7,178 nucleotides of DNA, taken from the IMG/VR virus record IMGVR_UViG_2548876941_000009; one strand, 5' to 3'. This DNA is from a virus (lineage: Duplodnaviria > Heunggongvirae > Uroviricota > Caudoviricetes). The position numbers and the translations under genes were made by a program. Below, in pieces: positions 1 through 6,054 of this stretch (positions within the stretch are counted from its first letter, which is position 1; every line of letters starts with the position of its first letter). The notes below the pieces were generated by a model. It worked only from the letters and a program-made list of their open reading frames with translations, searched no databases and was not told the DNA's origin.

Positions 1-354
<354 letters not shown>

Positions 355-429
355 TAAATTCTCCTTTGATTTCAAAGGCTTAGTGTATTTTAATCATTTT
401 TAACCAAGCCTTTGATATATAAGTATTTT

Positions 430-503
430 CTCTGTTAAGCGTGAGCTACGTAAAAAATAATTTTTAGTGGGTATATCTGTTCAGAAGAAATCACGTAGCA
501 CAC
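430..503. repeat. 74-bp intergenic repeat, copy A, between the tape measure stop and the next gene
   Basis: Near-identical (71/74 by eye) to 2607-2680 in direct orientation. Contains imperfect inverted-repeat arms GTGAGCTACGT and ACGTAGCACAC separated by about 40 bp of AT-rich spacer. Confidence 0.85.
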
Positions 504-517
504 GGATATATAAGAAA

Positions 518-2599
518 TCATTCTTCCTCTGGATAGCTTGAACTTAAGAGCATATCCTGCGTGAACTGGTCATTAGCTGATTGATTGAAAGTAAAGAAAG
601 CTGGTTCATCCGGTCTAACAGTTGCTTCACCAGTGATATTAACTGACAAGGGCTTCTTAGCTTCTGCCGTTAAAGCATCTACCTTGCGTGATAGTTCACT
701 AATAGTCATTGCAAGTTGAGCATTGCTATTCACAATATCACTCGTAATAGCTGGTGGAGTTGATTGTGTGTTATTTACGAAGTTATTCATCGGTTCTTGG
801 AAACCAGCAATTTTATCAGCTGCACTATTAAACCAACCTTTCACATCATCCATAGTAAATACTGGCTTAAGTCCAGACTCTTTAGCCAGCTCTGGTAATT
901 TAGCTTGTGCTTCCATTCGTTCAGGTGTAGAAGCTAATCTCTCATAACCTGCATAGATAGCACTACCAGCTAATAGCATATTCATAGGGTTTAGTCTTGA
1001 TGGTTTCCCATTCTTTCTATTCACGTTATCCGCTGTAGTATCAGCGACCTGACCTAATCTTGTGATAGCAGTCATAAGCCCGTAAATACTTCTGGTTACA
1101 CCAACAACTTTATTTACAGCAATAACACCAGCCAAGACTTTTAAACTATTAATCAAGCCAGAACCTAAAGCATCAACAACTTTCTTTTGTTCATCGGTTA
1201 AACCACGATAAGCTAATGTCACCTCATCAAAGAACGCTCTCACCCTGTAACTAATATCAGTCAGGTTATCGATACCATGCGACATATCGCTCATCAAGCC
1301 ACCAAGAGATTCACCAAGACTTTTACCACTCCCACCTAAACTATTCAAAAGCGTTGTCAAGCTTCGTGTAAAATCTTGCAGACCATTTTCAGAACCTCTG
1401 AAGATACTATCAAGCGTGGTATTCCAAGAGTTTTTCAAGTTCCCTAGTTGTGCCTGTGTACTTTCTGAAATAGCTTTCCAGCCACCTTTAGCGGTGATTT
1501 GTTTATTCAGTTCCTGAGTGACCTTCTGAAGAGTATCGGCAGATTTTAAAGCCCCCTTCTTCATGGCATCAAATAGCTCTTGTTCATTCCTTCCGGTTGC
1601 TTTAGCGAATACCTGAACCATACCAGGAACAGCTTCAGCTAATTGCCCCTTAAGCTCTTCAGCCATAATCTGACCCTTACCAGCCATCTGTGATAATGCT
1701 GTTAATGCTCGCTTAATCTCTTCTTCACTTCTCCCCATCAGACGAGAATAGCCAATCATATTTCTAAAAAGTTCTTCAGAACCTTGAATGCCCATAGACC
1801 CTCTAGCTGAAGCACCGAAACCAGCAAACTGTGATTGCAGCTCAGCGATATCTAAACCCGTTGTTTGAGCTAATGACTTTGTGAACTCTTTTACTTGACC
1901 TGCATCTTTATCAAATACGAAATCAATTGAACGTTCAGCACTTGCACGTTGAAGGCCAATTTCCATAATCTTCTGATAACTGGCTAATACAGCCTGAAAG
2001 CTGATAAATGCACCTGCTGCTTTAATTGCTGCTGAAGACAAATTATCAAGACTGCTAGCTGCTCTGTCACCATTAATGCTGGTGGATGTATGACCTCTGG
2101 CTTTAGTGATTGCCTCTCGTACACTTGAATTTAGTTTAGCAAGGGCTTCATTAAACTTGGTGTTATCCATCTGACCAGCTTTACTACTTAATGCGTAAAA
2201 CTGACTCTTAATGTATTTCTCGACAATTGGGTTAAGACCTTTCAGTTTGGTCATATTAGCTGAGTAAGCCGCTGTGATTGCTCTGCTTCCGCTAATTCGT
2301 GGCTGTCTTGGTTGTCTAAGTGGCTTTAAAGTATCCTCAATTTCCGTTTTAATCTTAAACGCTTTAGTGTTTTTAAAACGCTGCTCAATCTTGGAAACAG
2401 TTTTATCGACATTTCTTTCCATGACCTTGAGAGAATCATTTAAAGGCGTAGGATTAACTTTAAAAGCTTTATTTAGTCGTTTTTCAATTCTTGATGCGAT
2501 TTGCATCGTTTGTTTCTCGGCTTTTTCCAAGCCTTTTAAAACTTTCTGAGAGTTAAAACTTAACTCAATCAGGAAGTCATCAACTTTAAACTGTGCCAT
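518..2599 (-). CDS. Phage tail tape measure protein (693 aa)
   Basis: Long ORF with strong SD AGAGGTGA 5 nt upstream of the ATG. Central segment GKGQIMAEELKGQLAEAVPGMVQVFAKATGRNEQELFDAMKKGALKSADTL matches the conserved tape-measure domain signature (GQLxExxPG ... G-rich flank) as I recall it. Coiled-coil-like N-terminus and Gly/Ser/Leu-rich C-terminal half typical of TMPs. Confidence 0.75.
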   Translation of the reverse strand: MAQFKVDDFLIELSFNSQKVLKGLEKAEKQTMQIASRIEKRLNKAFKVNPTPLNDSLKVMERNVDKTVSKIEQRFKNTKAFKIKTEIEDTLKPLRQPRQPRISGSRAITAAYSANMTKLKGLNPIVEKYIKSQFYALSSKAGQMDNTKFNEALAKLNSSVREAITKARGHTSTSINGDRAASSLDNLSSAAIKAAGAFISFQAVLASYQKIMEIGLQRASAERSIDFVFDKDAGQVKEFTKSLAQTTGLDIAELQSQFAGFGASARGSMGIQGSEELFRNMIGYSRLMGRSEEEIKRALTALSQMAGKGQIMAEELKGQLAEAVPGMVQVFAKATGRNEQELFDAMKKGALKSADTLQKVTQELNKQITAKGGWKAISESTQAQLGNLKNSWNTTLDSIFRGSENGLQDFTRSLTTLLNSLGGSGKSLGESLGGLMSDMSHGIDNLTDISYRVRAFFDEVTLAYRGLTDEQKKVVDALGSGLINSLKVLAGVIAVNKVVGVTRSIYGLMTAITRLGQVADTTADNVNRKNGKPSRLNPMNMLLAGSAIYAGYERLASTPERMEAQAKLPELAKESGLKPVFTMDDVKGWFNSAADKIAGFQEPMNNFVNNTQSTPPAITSDIVNSNAQLAMTISELSRKVDALTAEAKKPLSVNITGEATVRPDEPAFFTFNQSANDQFTQDMLLSSSYPEEE

Positions 2600-2606
2600 T
2601 ATTCAC

Positions 2607-2680
2607 CTCTGTTAAGCGTGAGCTACGTAAAAAATAATTTTTGGTGGGTATATCTGTTCAGAAGATTTCACGTAGCACAC
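2607..2680. repeat. 74-bp intergenic repeat, copy B, immediately upstream of the tape measure start codon
   Basis: Direct repeat of 430-503 with 3 mismatches (A/G once, AA/TT once). Ends 8 nt before the tape measure ATG and is preceded by a terminator-like hairpin at 2685-2726. Confidence 0.85.
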
Positions 2681-2684
2681 ATAC

Positions 2685-2726
2685 AAAAAAGGGAGAAACT
2701 ACCGATATCACTCGATAATCTCTCCC
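2685..2726 (-). terminator. Putative intrinsic terminator downstream of the 70-aa gene
   Basis: On the minus strand, stem GGGAGA/UCUCCC (plus 2721-2726 pairing 2691-2696) is followed by a U6 run (plus 2685-2690 are A6). The loop is long (24 nt) but contains an internal UAUC/GAUA pairing. Confidence 0.45.
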
Positions 2727-2749
2727 GTACTTTACCCAACCAATTCTTT

Positions 2750-2962
2750 TTAATGTCTGACAAGATAATGTAGTTCCGTTTCACCTATAATTTGAGCATC
2801 AGAAGGAATACGGTCAATACACCACTTTGGAATCTTGCGTGTTTTTGGTTTGTATGAGGTGATGTAATGACGGTTATTCTTAATTCGTAGCTTTTGTCTA
2901 TTTGGTTGTAGCTGGAGTCTTTCGCAAACAGACCGAATAGTCTCTAAACGTTCTTCAAACAT
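2750..2962 (-). CDS. Hypothetical small basic protein (70 aa)
   Basis: ORF with SD AGAGGTGA 4-5 nt upstream of the ATG, lying 23 nt downstream of the 234-aa gene stop. Lys/Arg-rich, so possibly nucleic-acid binding. No family recognised. Confidence 0.55.
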   Translation of the reverse strand: MFEERLETIRSVCERLQLQPNRQKLRIKNNRHYITSYKPKTRKIPKWCIDRIPSDAQIIGETELHYLVRH

Positions 2963-2985
2963 TAATCACCTCTTTTAATTCATAA

Positions 2986-3690
2986 TCAAACAGCCTTGCT
3001 AAATTCTCGTGGAACACTCAGAAAATCATTGAAGCTGATAATCTGTGCCAACTCTTGACGGTACTCCTTAGCCAGCGCTTGATGGTCACTAATCAGCTTA
3101 GCCAGTCTTGATTTCAGCAAATTAATCTCATTTTCTCTTGCTTTCATCAGTTTCTCTTTGGCAATTTCTTCAAGCTCAGCTTGTGATTTATCAGCAACAA
3201 TTAGAGACAGTCGATGTGGTGCTCTGACAGCTCTTTCTGTACGAACAACTCTTTGACCTTCTGGTAAATCTGCAATCACTTTACCAATCTCTACAGGGTC
3301 ATACCCCCAACCGTCACGGTCTAGTCGAGAGAAATAAGCATAAGGATTGGTTTGAAGCTCCATCAAAATAGCCATTTCGTCAATTTCGTCTTCAAGCTTG
3401 GACTGAATTTTCTCATAAACACTTCTCATTGCTTCTTGAGAGTCTTTAATAGCTTGGAAATATCGGCGTTGTAGCTTCAACTTCAAATCAAGTTCACACC
3501 GTTCGTTCATAGAAAAATCAATTTCAACTCTTGGAATCTCAAGTGGTTCTGGTGGAATATATGGACCTTTATTTACTTCGTGTGATTCCCGCCAGGCTCT
3601 ATCAAAAGATTCACGCAAACTTAATTCGCGAATATCAAGTGCACTTGGTCTGTTCTCAATAATCATTTCATGTTCATCACGGATAGACAT
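2986..3690 (-). CDS. Hypothetical protein (234 aa), charged and predicted helical/coiled-coil
   Basis: ORF with SD AAGAGGTGA 7 nt upstream of the ATG. First gene after the leader region, upstream of the tape measure gene. No family recognised from sequence. Confidence 0.7.
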   Translation of the reverse strand: MSIRDEHEMIIENRPSALDIRELSLRESFDRAWRESHEVNKGPYIPPEPLEIPRVEIDFSMNERCELDLKLKLQRRYFQAIKDSQEAMRSVYEKIQSKLEDEIDEMAILMELQTNPYAYFSRLDRDGWGYDPVEIGKVIADLPEGQRVVRTERAVRAPHRLSLIVADKSQAELEEIAKEKLMKARENEINLLKSRLAKLISDHQALAKEYRQELAQIISFNDFLSVPREFSKAV

Positions 3691-3730
3691 TATTTTTCAC
3701 CTCTTTAGTGTAATTGCTTATTTTCAAATT

Positions 3731-3797
3731 CGTAGAAGCACACTCAGCAATCAGAGGTGAAGAGTCTGACTGAACAAGAACCTGCCAAGTGTGCTTT
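3731..3797. promoter_or_regulatory. Long-spaced inverted repeat upstream of the 234-aa gene, with a degenerate match to the 74-bp repeat arm
   Basis: Perfect 9-bp arms AAGCACACT (3736-3744) and AGTGTGCTT (3788-3796) separated by 43 bp. Plus-strand CGTAGAAGCACAC (3731-3743) resembles the CGTAGCACAC arm of the 74-bp repeats. Confidence 0.3.
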
Positions 3798-3806
3798 TAT
3801 GAATTG

Positions 3807-3841
3807 AAAAAAAGCCCTAAACATAATCTGTGAAGGGCTTT
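3807..3841 (-). terminator. Putative intrinsic terminator
   Basis: On the minus strand, stem AAAGCCCU/AGGGCUUU (plus 3834-3841 pairing 3811-3818) with a 15-nt loop, followed by a U-run (plus A-run 3807-3813). Confidence 0.5.
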
Positions 3842-3905
3842 GGAGGTTTGCTTATAACGTTAACGAAGTTTCAGGAAAACTTTCTTTAAAAGCTCTTAAA
3901 GAAAC

Positions 3906-3926
3906 GCCCTAATCATGAGTTAGGGC
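3906..3926 (-). terminator. Second hairpin (GCCCUAA/UUAGGGC, 7-nt loop), possible weak terminator or RNA structural element
   Basis: Perfect 7-bp stem. On the minus strand it is followed by GUUUCUUUAAGAGCUUUU. Shares the GCCCTAA core with the 3811-3841 hairpin. Confidence 0.3.
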
Positions 3927-4103
3927 AAAGCTGTAAAGGATTCAATAATGAATGAACAAGAGTACTTTTTGATATAGCCTATCTAGTGTGGGCTAAATAG
4001 GCCATGACGAAAAGCATTGCACCTTTCCAACTCAAAACAACTATCATTGATGTAGAACGACTAATAGTTTAATTCAAGGAGAATTGCCCTCCCCATACAT
4101 ACA

Positions 4104-4132
4104 ATTATGTCATGCTCAAGGTTGTTTGTCAA
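4104..4132 (-). promoter_or_regulatory. Sigma70-like promoter on the minus strand
   Basis: Read on the minus strand: TTGACA (plus 4127-4132), 17-bp spacer, CATAAT (plus 4104-4109). Predicted start near plus 4097. Confidence 0.4.
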
Positions 4133-4155
4133 CAACTTTTAACAGATTGGTAACA

Positions 4156-4233
4156 TCAATTATTATTTGCGGAGTTACCAACCAGACAGCCAACAAATAG
4201 CCCTAGCAGCGTCCATAATACAATTAACGTCAT
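4156..4233 (-). CDS. Putative 25-aa hydrophobic peptide (MTLIVLWTLLGLFVGCLVGNSANNN)
   Basis: Its ATG overlaps the TAA stop of the 107-aa gene (TAATG, plus 4231-4235), suggesting translational coupling. Single predicted transmembrane-like segment. Absent from the ORF track because it is below the length cutoff. Confidence 0.35.
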   Translation of the reverse strand: MTLIVLWTLLGLFVGCLVGNSANNN

Positions 4234-4556
4234 TAGTGAATCCTCACAGAATCCGCAACCAAATTATTGTCAGCGTACAAAATTGCTATAGCCGCCTTGA
4301 GATATTGTTCAGGGCTAACGCTGTATTTATTCGTTTCTTCGATAACAAGCCTTTTCATGTTTGAGTCGGTAACGGGAAACATAAAACGTGGGTCACCAGT
4401 TTTAATTCCCTGAATAAAATCTTCAATTACTTCTGAGTTCTCAGCCATTAGCTTTAACAGCCTGTCAAAGTCAATACTAATACCTGCATCAGTGAAGCTT
4501 TGCACCATCATAGCAGTGTCGTCATCAACCATAATTCGCATTGGGTAATTGTTCAT
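4233..4556 (-). CDS. Hypothetical acidic protein (107 aa)
   Basis: ORF with SD GAGGA 8 nt upstream of the ATG. Net acidic, including a DDD run near the N-terminus. No family recognised. Confidence 0.65.
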   Translation of the reverse strand: MNNYPMRIMVDDDTAMMVQSFTDAGISIDFDRLLKLMAENSEVIEDFIQGIKTGDPRFMFPVTDSNMKRLVIEETNKYSVSPEQYLKAAIAILYADNNLVADSVRIH

Positions 4557-4612
4557 TTTTAAATTCCTCTAAAACACATCTTAAATCTGCCAAAATAGCC
4601 ATTCCGAGGCCA

Positions 4613-4681
4613 GTAACCATGCGGGTTACAGAGGGAGTGAGACACCTTAGTAATAGGGTTGCTCATCTTTGAGTCTCACTC
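4613..4681. promoter_or_regulatory. Two intergenic hairpin/inverted-repeat elements between the 128-aa and 107-aa genes
   Basis: GTAACC/GGTTAC stem with 5-nt loop (4613-4629). Perfect 9-bp inverted repeat GAGTGAGAC/GTCTCACTC separated by 29 bp (4635-4681). Confidence 0.35.
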
Positions 4682-4693
4682 ATTCTCACAGGC

Positions 4694-5080
4694 TTACACA
4701 GACGCTTTAATCTTGTAGTATTGACTGCGTGATAAGCCGTATTTCTCAGAAATATAACTTTGTGATTGTCCTTTGGTGATTGCATCAATGATTAAATCTT
4801 TATCATATCTGTTACCATTGGCTTTGTGCTTGTCACCATTTTTAATAGAGTTGAAATTATCAATTAATTTAATGGCGTCTTTAAGGTCGTCTTCGTAAGT
4901 ATAATCAAAGCCTCTGATAAACTCGAAATCACCATTATCTTTTTGTGCTCCAGTCCAGATATCAAATCTTGAGGCTAATTGCTGGTGGGTAAACTTGGGC
5001 TTATTGGTTTGTGTTACGTCTTTCCAGACTTTACCGTCAAATCTTACCAGATGGTCTCGATGCTTATAAAAATCATACAT
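4694..5080 (-). CDS. Putative Mor/C-family phage transcriptional activator (128 aa) with C-terminal helix-turn-helix
   Basis: C-terminal DLIIDAITKGQSQSYISEKYGLSRSQYYKIK resembles the Mor C-terminal HTH region of phage Mu as recalled from memory (DLRIWNDFNGRNVSELTTRYGVTFNTVYKAI). Similar size to Mor (about 129 aa). Start ATG overlaps the upstream gene stop (TAATG). Confidence 0.5.
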   Translation of the reverse strand: MYDFYKHRDHLVRFDGKVWKDVTQTNKPKFTHQQLASRFDIWTGAQKDNGDFEFIRGFDYTYEDDLKDAIKLIDNFNSIKNGDKHKANGNRYDKDLIIDAITKGQSQSYISEKYGLSRSQYYKIKASV

Positions 5081-5358
5081 TAAACCTCCATTGCTAATTT
5101 GTGAATTTTGATACTTAGTAATCTTGCTAAATCCAGTCCAAAGGCATTTAGAGCCTTCAGACTATCAAGGTCATCTTGCTTAATCCTGATATGGTGTCTT
5201 GCTGCCTCTAAACGACTATTAAGCAAATCCTGCTCGTTAATATCACGGTTAATTGCAAGCTTCATCACTGCTGAGTGTGGCAGACCTGTAATGTTTTTGA
5301 TTCGGTTAAGTTCGTCAAAGGCTGTCTTTGTAACTCTGGTTAAAGTGTGCTTAGTCAT
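5080..5358 (-). CDS. Hypothetical protein (92 aa)
   Basis: ORF in the operon. Starts 3 nt after the stop of the 110-aa ORF and is translationally coupled to the downstream 128-aa gene. Confidence 0.6.
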   Translation of the reverse strand: MTKHTLTRVTKTAFDELNRIKNITGLPHSAVMKLAINRDINEQDLLNSRLEAARHHIRIKQDDLDSLKALNAFGLDLARLLSIKIHKLAMEV

Positions 5359-5361
5359 TAT

Positions 5362-5694
5362 TTAAAATCCTTCTGCTTGTGCGTACACGTCAAATTCAAA
5401 GTCTGGCTCACTGGTTGTAAGACTGATATTACCAACGGTAATATGATGCTCGACAATACCAATTAACTTTGCGCACATCACAGCAAGTAATGCGCAATAG
5501 GCATCGCTTGGTAACTCATGGCTTAACCTGGTTGCCTGACGCTGGAGATGGTTTGTCACGGTAGCTGAGTTAATTTCATCAAGATTCTTTAGAAGATAAA
5601 ACAATTTCTTGTTGTATTTTGGGTGCCCCCTCACTTCTGCAAAATCCGATAAGAATGTCGTCAAGCTTGCTCGGTAATTGCTCGTAGCTGTCAA
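5362..5694 (-). CDS. Hypothetical protein (up to 110 aa), start codon uncertain
   Basis: Longest frame begins with TTG at 5694 with no obvious SD, and overlaps the 3' end of the 112-aa ORF by about 116 nt. The frame is needed to fill 5362-5578 in an otherwise tightly packed operon. Confidence 0.45.
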   Translation of the reverse strand: MTATSNYRASLTTFLSDFAEVRGHPKYNKKLFYLLKNLDEINSATVTNHLQRQATRLSHELPSDAYCALLAVMCAKLIGIVEHHITVGNISLTTSEPDFEFDVYAQAEGF

Positions 5695-5917
5695 AGTTAG
5701 CCAGATAATTCTTGATGCTGTTCTTTGTTGTTTTGCGTACTGACATATAACGACTCCTCGGTGTAATTGCCCGAATTACTTCGTCAATGCCTTTGCGTTC
5801 TGCTCTGGTGAACTTAGGTGCTTCGTGGCTGGTGGGGGAGTTTGTGTAAGCGTAGGAATTGTATCTGTTACGTTGTCTCGATGCCTGAAGCATCGCTCTA
5901 AATTCTGCATCTCTCAT
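5579..5917 (-). CDS. Hypothetical basic protein (112 aa), first gene of the operon
   Basis: ATG at 5917 preceded by AAGGA 8-9 nt upstream and by a promoter about 45 nt upstream. Arg/Lys-rich N-terminal half. Confidence 0.6.
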   Translation of the reverse strand: MRDAEFRAMLQASRQRNRYNSYAYTNSPTSHEAPKFTRAERKGIDEVIRAITPRSRYMSVRKTTKNSIKNYLANFDSYEQLPSKLDDILIGFCRSEGAPKIQQEIVLSSKES

Positions 5918-5967
5918 TCATAAGCTAGTCCTTATAATTGTTAATTCTCTGTTAACCAATATATACA

Positions 5968-5996
5968 ATACTAGCATTTTCAAAGGCTAATGTCAA
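5968..5996 (-). promoter_or_regulatory. Sigma70-like promoter for the minus-strand operon
   Basis: Read on the minus strand: TTGACA (plus 5991-5996), 17-bp spacer, TAGTAT (plus 5968-5973). Confidence 0.5.
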
Positions 5997-6002
5997 GCAT
6001 TT

Positions 6003-6032
6003 TTAACAATTTAGTAACATCTGTGGTATAAT
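6003..6032 (+). promoter_or_regulatory. Divergent sigma70-like promoter with extended -10
   Basis: TTAACA (6003-6008), 18-bp spacer, TGgTATAAT (6024-6032). Sits back-to-back with the minus-strand promoter, the two -35 elements 6 bp apart. Confidence 0.55.
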
Positions 6033-6054
6033 GGGTTTATGGGGAGAGTAAAAT

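Larger units (their letters stand above)
3807..4097 (-). ncRNA. Candidate non-coding leader or small RNA (about 290 nt) between the promoter at 4104-4132 and the terminator at 3807-3841
   Basis: No ORF longer than about 12 codons on the minus strand in this interval. Bounded by a promoter-like element and two hairpins. Lies between the regulatory operon and the structural genes. Confidence 0.3.

Noticed and set aside
723-947. 74-aa plus-strand ORF
   Set aside because: Antisense inside the tape measure gene; an expected spurious frame in a long coding region.
2274-2549. 91-aa plus-strand ORF
   Set aside because: Antisense inside the tape measure gene; no start signals.
430-2680. Diversity-generating retroelement template/variable repeat pair
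   Set aside because: Both copies are intergenic, not at the 3' end of a target gene. The mismatches (A/G and AA/TT) are not the adenine-specific pattern expected, and no reverse transcriptase is in the window.
4167-4364. 65-aa plus-strand ORF with a TTG start
   Set aside because: Non-ATG start without SD, overlapping the well-supported 107-aa minus-strand gene on the opposite strand.
5108-5365. 85-aa plus-strand ORF
   Set aside because: Antisense to the coupled 92-aa and 110-aa minus-strand genes. Leu/Ser/Cys-rich low-complexity translation.
5579-5694. Programmed -1 ribosomal frameshift joining the 112-aa and 110-aa ORFs
   Set aside because: The frame relationship corresponds to +1, not -1. 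The only slippery-looking heptamer (CCCAAAA) is positioned for slipping out of the 110-aa frame, not into it.
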